In this document: positions 35,944 through 47,906 of the stretch, one piece after another
Layout of the letters: each line of letters begins with the position of its first letter
Numbering within the stretch: the stretch's first letter is position 1
Assembly (NCBI GenBank): GCA_010093995.1
Contig: ML992503.1
Coordinates: forward strand, 2,062,919-2,126,918
DNA: 64,000 nt
Source: Elsinoe ampelina
Lineage: Eukaryota
Direction: 5' to 3'
Translations under genes and position numbers: made by a program
The notes under the pieces: generated by a model
The model's input: only the letters and a program-made list of their open reading frames with translations
The model's database searches: none
Told to the model about the DNA's origin: nothing

Positions 35944-37921
35944 CTATTGCTGCGCTACCTCCCGTACCACCAGCGTCAACTTTTCATTCGTATCGAGGGC
36001 GGTCGCCAGCTCCTCGTCGTCGGCGAGCTTGTAATACTCTCCGTCCCTCTCGTCGCGGTACTCGATTTCCAGAAGCGGTTCATCGCCGTTGTCCTCCTGC
36101 CCGGAGTCCTTCTTTGGGTTGAATTCGAGCTTCCGCCTCTCGATGATCTTGCGGTAGAGATCCGGGAATTGGAACGCGCCCTTTGGTGGCATGCGTACCA
36201 CGACACAGGTCTCGCGATCGAACCAGACTTTCACTTTGAGCGCAGGACCGGAAGCCGCGGGAGCAGGAGCGTTGTTGGAAGATGTGGTGGATGCGGTCGT
36301 GGTCTGCCGTTGCATCGGTGGCGGCTGCGACGCACTGATTTGGCTGAATTCGGATGGATTGCGGTAGTGTCCTGGAGGTCCTCGAGGGCCAGCTGCGCTA
36401 CTGAGTTGTCTTTGGTGTTGAGCATTCTGGTAGTTCTGCTGGGGAGAGTATTGTTGTTGACCTGATCGTTGGGATGCCTGCGAGAACCGGTGATTCTGTT
36501 GCATCGCAGGCGTACCCTGTGGTTGGATTGGTGTGTGGTTGCCTGCCGAATCTACAGCATTGGGATCTACCTCATAGTCACCGACAGACCGTGGCTGGAA
36601 GAAATTGCATACAAGTGTTGATCTGGTAATGTGAGGCCCGAGTCGTAGAAGGTGTTGGAGATACTCGTCCAGGTTCTCGCGGCGGCCTTCTGAGATCTTG
36701 TCCGTCACAAACTGTACTGGACCGGGCATGTAAGGCAGAGTTCGAGGTTGGCCAGTCTGACCAGCCTCGTCCGGAAATGCCTTGATGAGGTTGATCTGAA
36801 GCTCGTAGAAGTCCTCGTATATTCGCGACAGATCCCAGTGTGAGCCGTTTGACATTGAGCATTCGATGATAAAGTGAAACTTCTCATCGTTGTAGATGAA
36901 GCGGGGGACCGAGGCGCGTAAAGGTGCAATCATGGCTGACTGAGGAGGAGCCATGCTTTGTTGATAGGAGCTGGGGGAACGTGCGTGGCCATTTGACTGG
37001 TTGCCCAAGCTCATCCTGTTCATAGCTTGTTGGGCAGCGCTCATGCCAGGTGTAGGAGCTGGCCCAGTTGGTCCACCAAATGCGCCTAACGGTATGCTTG
37101 TATTCTTGTAGTCGGCCGCCATCTTTTTCCACTCTTCTACTTTGGGGATTCCGGCTTTTGCTATGGCTTCCGAGGGGTCCGTTACCGTCTTGCCTGTAGT
37201 CATGTCCTTGATCTCAATGAACGACACAGGGATCAGACCGGGTCCGCCGAGGCGCGTGATGGGCTTTGCGACAAACCATTCCGGGTTTGATTGAGCAATG
37301 ACAATGATGGCTTCGCCCTCTTTTGCTTCCAGCTCGTCTGCTCGCTCGGCGTGGAAGTCGTAGGCTACTATGCCGTAGACCATTGCGCCGCCCAATTTGC
37401 CGAGAGATTTGCTTATACGGTGACCTTGAGGGCCTATGGGAGTCGCGCTCTTACCTGTGGACTCGGCGTAGCCACTGTCGTGAGGCGCACTGTGGGTTGA
37501 GCCACGGGAATCGCGTGTTGTTTTGCCAACCGTGTCAAAGTATTTCACCGGTACCAGTCCTCTTGTTCCTTGCAGCGGGTTGCAGGCCTCGTACCAATCC
37601 TCGTCATTCTCGCGGGCCACAACATGGAGAAAGTCGCCTTGGGAGAAGGACAGGTAGTGGGGTGGATCGGTGGGCGCATTGTAATCGTAGAGGGCTTTGA
37701 TCACCTGAAGATGAAGTCAACGGGGCGCAAGTGCAGACAAGTTCACACTGACCTTTTTAGGCGGCACTATAGCAACGGCATCCTTTTGAGGGATGTGGAT
37801 GTGGTTCGGCTTGATCGCATCGTTCTTGATGTCGGTACTGTGCTTGTTTTTCCGTGACTGCAGGTGGGGTGGTTAGGCTGCTTGTTTGCGGTCGAGGAGG
37901 GGTAAGACAAACCTTGAACAT
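35944..37921 (-). CDS. BEM1: Polarity scaffold Bem1/Scd2 (SH3-SH3-PX-PB1), 3 exons
   Basis: PPKKVIKALYDY SH3, second SH3 (SNPEWFVAKPI), PX (RIYEDFYELQ...LPYMPGP) and PB1 (IEYRDERDGE). Confidence 0.93.
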
Positions 37922-39402
37922 GTCTGCGGTGTTTGTGTGGTTGTTTGAAAGAGATCGGTCGTACTCAGCGCGCAGAGCGACGGCCGCAGAATGGGCCTGC
38001 GCTGACACGAGGAAATAGAGCGGTGCGCGTGCGAGTCAAAGACGATCAAAGACGTCCCTCAGGTAAAAAGACCAAGGACCAGACGATCGAGACCGGGCTG
38101 CACCGTCGACTGCGATGGCGATGGCGCGGGCGACGAGGCTGAGGGCACGGCAGATGCGCAAATGAGCGTGTGTGAGGATGGTGACGGTATCGCGCAAAGG
38201 TAGCGAGGTTGATTGTACAGCCGGCGACGAGGTTGCGATTGTGGTTTGGAGTGGTCGTGGTGGAAGAAGTCTGTCGATTCCGGCGATTTCCAAGTTAGGC
38301 CTTGGTCCAATTGCGACGTCAAAAAGACAAAAGCCGCCTTGTCTTTGTCTTTGCCTTTGTTCTTCGGCTTCGACTTGATCTCCTCCACCCAACCCAGCTG
38401 GCTTGTATCTTAGCCTTCCTGGTCCGTCGGCCTCTCTTTTCCAGCGGTGCAGGTGAGTGACAGCGGTGAAGCGAACTTGCTGGGTAGGCTCTCGTCTTTG
38501 TCCTCTGTCGTCGTCGAGTACGAACGTGTCGGTTCAGGAATCCGCCTCAATCGTGACTGTCTACGAAGCTTGTTCACACTTTTGATGATGTAAGAATGTT
38601 CGATTGGAGATAGACGATGGATGGCGGCAGCGAGCGCTGTACTCGGCGCAGACAAGTTATGATCAAACACAAAAAAGCCACTCAACGCTGTTCTACCGAG
38701 GGCATTCGACAGCCAAATCGTCTTCTCTGGCAGTCTGGCAGTCTGGCACTAGTCACTCGGCCGCTGTGAAGGCGCTGGAACGTTTATACAACGTCTCGAA
38801 AGCCCGTCATCTCTATACACATGAACCGGCGCATACGGCAGTACAGCAACGTGACAGTGATGGTATGGCATCTATCGAGGAGACGTCGAGATTGCTCTCT
38901 TCTGCGGCCGGATGCCCGAAATCCATTTCGGAAAAGTGTCATGGTTCTTTGCCTATGCGACTCGGAGCAGATCCGGACCTTTCACTTGGAGTCATATGGA
39001 CTGCGATCGCTTTGCGAGACCACGTGCAACCAAAGCCCTACAGTAGTACCTGATGCGTTTGACTCTATTTCTGGATGTCACGACTCAGTGATCTCCGTAA
39101 CAACTGGCCAAGCCCCGTGTGACAGGATTATACCTCGCCATAGGGAATTACTATCCAGTCACCGCGTTTTAGTTATCTAGTGACCGCATCATACCTGTTC
39201 TAGACAAGTCGTGGGCAGCCCCGTATATCTGAACTTTAAAATTCCTCGAATGTCATAAACAAGGTAAGAAAGTTAGTATAGAGCACGTAACTTATAGCCT
39301 ATATCGAGAGACAGATAGAAAGTAGCTAAAGGCCGGAGGAGGCAGCCGAGAAAGTAGCTAGGGAAGGTGGTAGAGGAGGCATCCGGAAGAGAAGTATACC
39401 TA

Positions 39403-39514
39403 ACGTATGAGATGGGGGTTTGCACACCGCCCCCCTTTGCACGCCACGTGACTTCTACACGTTCCGGTGAATTTGTGCAAAGGGGGGCGGTGTGCAAACC
39501 CCCATCTCATACGT
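39403..39514. mobile_element. 112-bp MITE of Fot1/pogo type
   Basis: Perfect 40-bp terminal inverted repeats (39403-39442 and 39475-39514) beginning ACGT, a 32-bp spacer, and TA on both flanks. Confidence 0.88.
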
Positions 39515-40588
39515 TACTGTACGCATACAAAAGTGTCTAAAATTCGTAGTGGGCCTCACTCACAAAATCTAATCCAGAAACAGTTACTGCGGTCACTACT
39601 GGTCCTGGATAACGATTCCCCTCGCCATAGGGCTGCAAGGGAACAATCTTCGCCAGCAGAAACATCCTTCTGAAGTCATTTGGGGCAGACGTCAGCCCGT
39701 TTGAGAATCTTCGTTGATGGGCCGCCATCACGGTATCACCAAATCTGGTCGCAAAAAACTCTCGACGTTCGACATCCGTCGCCGTTGTATTCGATAATGT
39801 ACACTTCCCACCCAGATACCCGCCTGGCAGCCATTTCGGACTACTGTAGCCATGTCATCAGTAACCCCAAAGCATACCGGGCCCGCCAAACCCGCGTCCC
39901 CGTTGCTCATCGTCGAAAGACAAAACCATGGCTGGAGAGCCTTCCTGAAGTCCTGCTTGGCGGTAGGCGATTTTGACTCTTGTGCTCGGCTCAATCCGAG
40001 CCAAACTTGCGTCGCCTCCAGGCCTGTCATCCCCCAGGAAGCGAGCACCCTCACCAAGTCTAGGGTTATACCCTGGAAAACTCCTCGATCTGATTAGTCA
40101 AGAGCACGTCGATCATAAGATATGCTCGGATCTAGGGGGGTGCTCGTATCCCTGTGGAGAACGCCTCCAGCTCCGTGTTTGATGTGGATCCTACGCGCGA
40201 TTTGACAAGGTCAAGCACCTCTCGGTGGCATGGGGTGAGCACTGAGAACCATGCTTTCATGCGTATACGCATTTTCCGATTACTCCCCGAGAATACTTGT
40301 TCCATAAAGCATCTGACAAGCATCTACGGGACTTGTGTCACCTCGGTGAAGGCTGACCAGGACAATGGTGGTTCTTGGTCGAGCATGCCTTCTGGCAAGC
40401 TCGGACACGGCTTTGACTTTGACAGCCCTTGAGATGGATCTTCTACAGATGCAGGGCACTCGTCGAGCGCATACCAAGAGAGATCGTAGGTTTAAAAATG
40501 GCTTATATCCCACAGGGAAGAGCATCATCAGATATCCATTCCTTCCAACACCAAAGTCTTTCCCTTACCCACCCAACCAACAACCACA

Positions 40589-41302
40589 ATGAAGACCTTC
40601 ACCCCCGTGCTCCTCACCGCCCTCCTGCAGGCCTCCTCCGCCTACCACGTCCACGTCAGCTACGACCCACAACTCGTCACCGTCGGCGACGCCAACATCT
40701 TCCACATGACCTGGCAAGCAATCTACGCGGCAGCCGGCAACGAAAACTCGGTCGTGCTCACCACCACCGAAGGCGCCCGTTCCGACCCGTGCAAAGAAGG
40801 CGGCAGCAGCGTCGACACCCTAGTCACCGTAAAGATCGACTCCCTCTGGGGCGTCGCCAGAAACGTCTCCCCTTACGTGATGCGCGACGCCATCATGAAG
40901 GGCTTCCAGAGTTTCATCGAGGATTTCGGCAGGCGCCAGCAGTACAGCATGTTCGACCACTGCGTCTCGCCCAACCCGCGCACCGGCATGACTCCGTGGT
41001 GGCCCAAGAAGTCGGCTTGTTCGGGCAAGGCTTGTACCGGATGCAGAGGTCTGACCGTGCAGTGTGAGAACACCCACCTGGGCTACAAGTATCCGGCTAC
41101 TGTCAAGGTTTATGTCGCGGATAATAACATGCATCCGACTGGCGATTTCTTGAAGGTCGACTTTGCCTCCAACAGGCCGGGAAAGGGTGGTGGTGGTTGT
41201 GGCCTTGCTGGCACGATCACCAAGGCTCTTGCTGAGAAGATTCCAGGTGTTGGGTCGTTGTTCAGCACTGGTATTGATATTGCTTGCGAGCACTTGATCT
41301 AG
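40589..41302 (+). CDS. Secreted protein of unknown function, 237 aa, 8 Cys
   Basis: Signal peptide MKTFTPVLLTALLQASSA, strongly biased codon usage, ATG in CACAATG context, intronless. Confidence 0.8.
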   Translation: MKTFTPVLLTALLQASSAYHVHVSYDPQLVTVGDANIFHMTWQAIYAAAGNENSVVLTTTEGARSDPCKEGGSSVDTLVTVKIDSLWGVARNVSPYVMRDAIMKGFQSFIEDFGRRQQYSMFDHCVSPNPRTGMTPWWPKKSACSGKACTGCRGLTVQCENTHLGYKYPATVKVYVADNNMHPTGDFLKVDFASNRPGKGGGGCGLAGTITKALAEKIPGVGSLFSTGIDIACEHLI

Positions 41303-41627
41303 ATGGGATGGGATTGATACAAAGTGGCTTCGTGGAATGAGTCGAGGTATCCTGCATAGCACTTATGGTTAAAAAATGAAATGGTGGTTGGGATGTGCTT
41401 CTGCTTCCGTATTTGCACTTGTATTCATTTGGTCTTCGCGTCAGGAAGCTACTCTGTGCTATTCCAGGCAGCCACTCCTTTGGTTGTGAATTATGAAATT
41501 GGTCATCTGGCCACACGACTCTCTCCGGGTCCGTGATAGAAGCCAGAGGTGTCATGTCATTGGACAGATAGTCCTCTAGATGCAGAATGGGTGTCATTTC
41601 GAGCGCTCCGATATGGTCTCCACCATT

Positions 41628-43215
41628 TCATATCTGTCCCTTGATATCCACCATGGCGAATGCTTTCTGGCGCGCAGCTTCAAATGCCGGACTCGCTTTA
41701 CTCGACATGAATCGAGGACCGTCGTCCCGATCTTCGAGGAACGACTCGTCGCCATTCTCAACCAAGAATTGGGCGCATTGTTGGTCATCGGCGAATGCCA
41801 GCTCCGATGTGAGAAACGGTACTTTGATATCAGGCTTGTAGCTGGAATATGTTAGCGTTGACCACTGCTGCCTTCGGGATTGTTACGTACGCTCGACATA
41901 TCGCGGCCATGGCGGCGAGGCGTTCTCGGTCGACAAACATGTCCATGAGGTATCCACCCATGTTAGGAGGGTCATCATAAAGTTTGAAGAACTTGTGATA
42001 ATTGCCTCGCGCCAGGGCTGATCTCACTTCGAGAGCATGTTTGATTGCTGGGTTTTGTTTATCTGTCAAGGTTAGATCGGCGAGCAGGTCGTTCATGCCC
42101 GTCCTGTTCGCCGTGTGAATCATGTAGAGTATGCGATAAGCCGTAAACTCTCCAGGTCTACCGCCAAGTTTCTGCTTGTATAGTGTCCGTAATTGTGATT
42201 GGCACTGGTTGTACTCACCGAGATCGCCTTTCTCCAGGGCGATCCTCGCATGTGCCTCGTATACTCGGACGGTGAAGTCGTTCTTGATATGCTGGACGGT
42301 CAGATCTTGCCGCATCGATTTGAATTGATCGCAAATATAGGTGTAGTTGTGATCTTGCTTCCACTTCGTGACCAACAGGTCGATCGTCCTTTTCAAGACT
42401 TCCAGTGGGCGTACAGTTTCCGGCTTTGGAGGGGCGGTCAGTCGGAAATAAGCCTTTTCGAGGTTCTGATTCGTGCCGACGACAGGTCCAGCATTTGCAA
42501 GCAGTAGTGCGTCATCATCACGAAAATTGGAAGCATTAGGTGAAGAAGCAAGAGATGACTCGAAACGTTGTCGTCGCTTTTCAAGGTCGTTGAACTTACT
42601 GACTCCTGCGGTGGAGCGAAATTCTTGTACTTTCTTTTGTTTCTTGTCTTTGCGATCACCTTCCTTGACAAAGTCCATCCGGTCAGCTAGTCCACGTTGT
42701 CTCCAAGGAGGTATCGCAGTGGCAGAAGCAGCAGCAGCAGCAGGTTCGGCGTCGGGCGACTTTCGCTTTCTTGATGGCAGATCATTCAAGCCAGTCGTCG
42801 ATGAGCCTGATTGTGCACGTTGTGGGAGGTTTTGCCTGCGCTCGAGCAATATAATCTCTTGCGGGAGTGGCTGTTTTGTCCAGTCCAAGGAAAGCATGGT
42901 GTTATTCTCGGCTGTAGCGGTTATCACTGATTTCAATTTTGCCGACAGTTCTGCAGGAGAGATGCCAGGCACAGCGTTGCTCGCCATGAACGCTCTTGAG
43001 ACATATTCCTTCACGGGCAGAGGCCATTCAATCTTCTTCGAGGCAGGAGGGGAGGGATTTGGAGGGGCTGGTCGGGCTAGCGTTGTTCGCGCGTGTACGG
43101 TAGTGTATGCCGGGCCATCTAAAGCAGTCAGTGAGAGTCGTCTCGGAGATCTTGGGATGAGCTTACTGTGCATGCCCGGTGCATGAGCGGTTGTGTGTGC
43201 CCACGGGGCGGCCAT
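41628..43215 (-). CDS. SAC3/GANP domain protein (Thp3/LENG8-like), 3 exons
   Basis: LEKAYFRLTAPP, CDQFKSMRQDLTVQ and YEAHARIALEKGDLGEYNQCQ motifs. Last exon ends VDIKGQI*. Confidence 0.9.
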
Positions 43216-43604
43216 GTTAGCGGTCTTGTGGTCGTTCAAGGCAGGGGGTAGCTTTTGTTGAGATTCAAATGCTACAGTGTGAAAGAAAAAAGAAGAGGTG
43301 ATATGAGGCGTTAAGCACAAGTCAAAATGAGACGTCGTGGTGAGTGAGAGCAATCAAGAACGAAGGGACAAGAAGGGGTGAGGTGAGCCCAGAATCGGCA
43401 AAGTGTGATGTCGACGCACGGGCCACATCAGGCTCGAGTCTCCCGAACTTTCACGTGCAAGAGTAGATGCTGAATACCAAACTTGCGTTTGTCATTACAA
43501 AATTTCTATATCGAATTCGAGGGTATCATAGAGAACCTCCATGTATTGGCATAACCTGTCCCGCTCACTGCACGATTCCCTGTCCTCAAAATCATCCTAT
43601 GCTC

Positions 43605-45386
43605 TCACGCATGAATTGCGTTCTGTACGTGAGGGTAGACTGCGACGAGCTTTGCGTAAAGTTCTGGATGCTTCTGAACCATGACAGCCGGATCGAAAGC
43701 TGCAGCCACGAATATGGTGTCGATGCCGCTGGAGATGGGCGTCACGAAGATCTGGCAGATCTGAAGGCCGATCAGGAAGGCAAAGGCGACAACCACAGGA
43801 GTAAAGCCGCCGTCCCTGTTGTACTCTGGGTTGGTGAAGACGAGGTAAAGGTAAGCCAGCAGAGCGCACGCATATCCAACGAAGGTGGCTCCCATGGTCA
43901 GGACTGGCCCAATGAGGCATTCATTGACCAGTGCATCGATACCACGGTCCTTGATGAGTCTATACATGTCAGCATACGCATCTACTTGAGGGATGAATGA
44001 TACTCACGTCCAGGTCTCCTTTGCTGCGGCAATATAGCTCTTGCCATAGAGCGCAATGTAGCTGAAGGCGTAGCGGTTGAGGAACTGTACGGCCCAATCG
44101 AGTATGCCAATCAAGCATTGAAGAATGCAGAAGGCAATGTATGCTCCGATGTTGCCGTCGCTTGCAGCGTTCTGGCGGGCAATAGAGCAAAGCTGGCGCA
44201 AGAAGTTGATGATTGCCACAATCAGACTGCCAAAGCTGATGGATCCAAAGCTGTATGTGAGAGCTCGGCGTGCAGCACCACGAGTGACACCTTTTGGCAT
44301 GTTGTCTGGGCAGAAATACCAGCTACCGTACACTCCAGAAATGATGGTGTGAATGGTGTTCTTCAAGAATTCGGATATCCAATAGGCGGCAAAGGTGATG
44401 AATACCAGCAGTCCAATGACTGTCCCACTAGAACAACTACCCGCACCTTGATTGCAAGCTGGATTGTTGCCCGGCTGATATTTGACATAGACAGCGACCA
44501 AGGTCACAGAATACCAAGCACCAAAGGCGGTTGCGAGGAGACCACCAATGAATGAAACCAACCAAACGTGACCATAGCGCTTGGCAACATCGACACTAGT
44601 GGTCAGCATCAATGCGCTGAAGGGTATCCGAGGGATCCATGTGATGAAGCAGATGACGGTGAAGATGGAGAAGATCAGGAACACGATGCCGCCAGACCAG
44701 TATCTCCTGCTCAGCATGTAAATGGCGGTGACGAAGCCGAAAACGATGTTGAGGATGCCAGTGACCCAGATGAACGTCTTGGGGAAAGCTACAGTGTATT
44801 AGTACTGTGCAAGACAGTAGGAGGAACGTTTCTACTTCTAGCAGCAGCGACATATGCGATACTCAGTACCAGAGCTGATACCAAACAGAAAGCGAAAAGA
44901 ACAATGGTGTTGGTGTCGAGGCTAAAGTCGTTGCCGCCGTCGTAGATACCGCCTCCATTGAATCCTTTGGTCGCAGCTACACCACAAGGTCAGTAATCGC
45001 GATGCCATGAAGTAATCATCTCCTGGCCTACCATAACCCTGAATCGATAACCCGGAGACAGCCACAAAACCAGCACAGACAGCCAGGAACAAAATCCCTG
45101 CCCAGAGATCGTTCCACTTTGGTTTGCTGATCGCAAAAGCTTGGTCAAATGTGGGCTTGTCGCCTCCAAAGTCGGTCGCAGGGCCGTAGTTCTGGCCATA
45201 ATTGGGTGGCTGCTGAGAAAAGTTCTGCTGATTCTGATTGTTGTATCCATAGCCATTGCCATTCTGCTGCTGCTCGTATCCATATTGACCTTGTCCGTAT
45301 TGACCTTGAGGTTGATTGGGATAATTCTTGGGCGCATTCTGGTCTTCCAGGTTATAATACTGTGAGGCTTCCCCGCGACCCGCCAT
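43605..45386 (-). CDS. PNS1: Choline-transporter-like plasma membrane protein Pns1, multi-exon
   Basis: Q/G/Y-rich N-terminus; KPKWNDLWAG, SFGSISFGSLIVA, NRYAFSYIALYGKSY and DRGIDALVNECL motifs. Confidence 0.9.
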
Positions 45387-45774
45387 GTTGGGCAAAGCGT
45401 GCTGCTGGAGATGCGCTTGACTTTGACAGGAAAATAGGAAGGAAGGATGACAGGTCGACAGAAGACGGGATCTGTATCTGGATAAAATCGATCAAATTGA
45501 TCGCGGCAGAGGCGTCAATTTAGAGCATCCAGAGCTGTTGCGGGCGTATTTTTGTGTTTTTGGGGCAGAACTCTGATTTGACAACCAATCTACGTCATGC
45601 CGGGGCAACGTTGCTTGATTGGCTCAGAGAACACGTTCCCCTTGACTCGACCACAACGGGAAAATGCATGTGGGAAATGGCCAAAATGAGATGGCCGTCT
45701 TCCGGATCGTCACCATGTCTTTTCTACTTGACGCTTTGTTTCAACCTCATTGCATTGCTGCGTTATATTGACAT

Positions 45775-47557
45775 CTATGACAGTTCCACAAGACCACGGA
45801 CGAACGACACAAACGGCGGCACGCTCGTCAATGCGACAGTGATCGTCCCAAACAAACCCATGCTGAGACTGGAGAATGCCGCGGCACGCGGGTCGGTCGT
45901 GAGCAAAAGTGCAGTAGCGACGGCAGACGAATTGGCGCCCAGCGTAACGCCGCGCGTAATGTAGTCGTCTTCAGGCACTTTGAGCGTCTTGAGCGCCCAT
46001 GGACCGACGACCACCCCAACAATGCCCGAGAAGATACACAAAGGTGCCACTGTATACAGGTCACCGCCGAGATTCTGGGTCGCAGGAGTCGCTAAAGCAA
46101 GGGTCAAGCTTCTGCTTGCAAATGCCAGACTCCTAGGTCCACTTATACCAATGGCGTGACAGAGTGTCGGATATGCCAATAAGGAACCGACCGAAAGCGA
46201 TACATTGGGTATAATGATAGTGGCAAAGCGACTTTTGAGCTCCTGGCGATACTGGAACATCGGCAGCCCCAGCGCGACAATACTGACGTCTAGCACACTT
46301 CCGAAGACGTCGCCAGCGCCCGGTGGTGGTAGTCCCGGACGAAGCTCCCATAATTGTGTATACCTCGAGCCGGTCGTGTATCTCGTCAATCCGTCGTTGA
46401 GGGTCTTGCGATGTATCAAGGCGAATATCCAGATGGCGACGATGGTAAATGCGGAAGACACCAACACCGGATGCAGGTATGTCTTCCATCTGGCTGGGAT
46501 TCGGAGGGCCAGCAGAAAGCAGACCACGTTGATTCCGAGCTGTGCCGGCATGGCATACCCAATCGTGTAATACACTGGTAATCCAACGAACAGAAACAAA
46601 ATCCAGTAGGTGATAATATCAAGGTTGGTACTCGTCCAGGTTGCCCATTGTTGTGCTCTCGACAATCGCGGGGGGTCATGCCGCAGTCGTGAAGCAGCGG
46701 TGTCCAGCAGTTGGGTGGTGGATGCGATAGGAGGCCCGCCTGTACCGGTCACCTGGCTTGGGTCCTGAGCTCGTGTGGGCATTCTGAGCTCGGCCGGTGT
46801 ATCCGTGGGTGGTGAGTGAGCAGGTGAGTTGATCTGCGATGGAGTCGAGATGCCATTGCTTGGCTGAGATGGCCGTCTTTGCTCCGTCAACGGAATAATA
46901 TCATCTTCTTGACCCATCTCCTCGGCCCGCTCTGTGATTGCGCGTTTGGAGCTGCCCAAGATACTCTGCAGCCCACGCACAAAGTAGGCAGTGAATGAGA
47001 AGAGGACGGCATAGCCGATGACTGAATGCGTGAGAGAGGTGTTTGTCAAAGGGTCCTGATGGCTTACCAAAAACTGCTATGATCTTGCCTACCTCGGCGC
47101 CACTGATATCAGGGCTCAGTGGTAATGTGACGAATGCTGGGCAGAAGAAAAGGTTGATATACCGTAGCGCAAAACCGCACTTGCAATGTCAGACGGGACC
47201 TATCATTTCTACAGACAAGGCCTACCGGTATGTCGATGAGCGAAATGAGCTTCTTTGTGGCCTTGTCGCCTAGCACAACCTCACAGATGATCAGGAAGAA
47301 GAAGAGCAAGATCATGCAGGCTACTGATGCCGGAAAAGACACTTTTGCTAGGCTGATCAAGCGATGGATGCCGAAGCAGAATGCCATGATAGCAAAGATG
47401 CCGATGGGGACTTGCATCCATGCTGATATTGTGCGCCTCCAAGATCCTCGTGCGACCTTGTGAGGTGTCAACACGATGCAGGCGAAACATATGGAGATTT
47501 ACTGACCAGCTGTATGGCTTCTGCCAGGTCCACGACCAAGGCTTTTGATTCTTCCAT
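45775..47557 (-). CDS. LrgA-LrgB fusion-type membrane transporter (PLGG1-like), multi-exon
   Basis: VSFPASVACMILLF (LrgA-like), HPVLVSS, RSLTLALA and RGVTLGANSSAVATA (LrgB-like). Start MEESKAL at 47557 is inferred. Confidence 0.82.
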
Positions 47558-47906
47558 CCTGACTCCGGTATCGCAAATGCCCCTTGCCCCACCACGGTGA
47601 AAAGGACCGGTTTAGGCTGTTCGCATTATCATGGTCGGATTACGACTTGACGCAGTTCGCTGTGAGCTATCTCCACAAGTCGCAGGAGAAGTACATGACC
47701 GTGGCCAGAATCTGTCGACAATGACAGAGGTGGGAATGGTGGGGGTGGTGTTTGTTGGTCAGGGCCAAAGCTGACTGATCAAAACTCCACTCCCAGAACG
47801 GCGGACAGGGACAGGTAACCACACCACAACTTTATTAGATCGCCCCTTGAACTCGCCCTTCTTCATCAATACATCCCGCCAAACTCCGCCATTGTCGCAG
47901 GCTATC

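Noticed and set aside
39039..39521. Full Tc1/mariner element bounded by TACAGTAG and CTACTGTA
   Set aside because: The inverted match is only about 8 bp and does not extend, which is compatible with chance.
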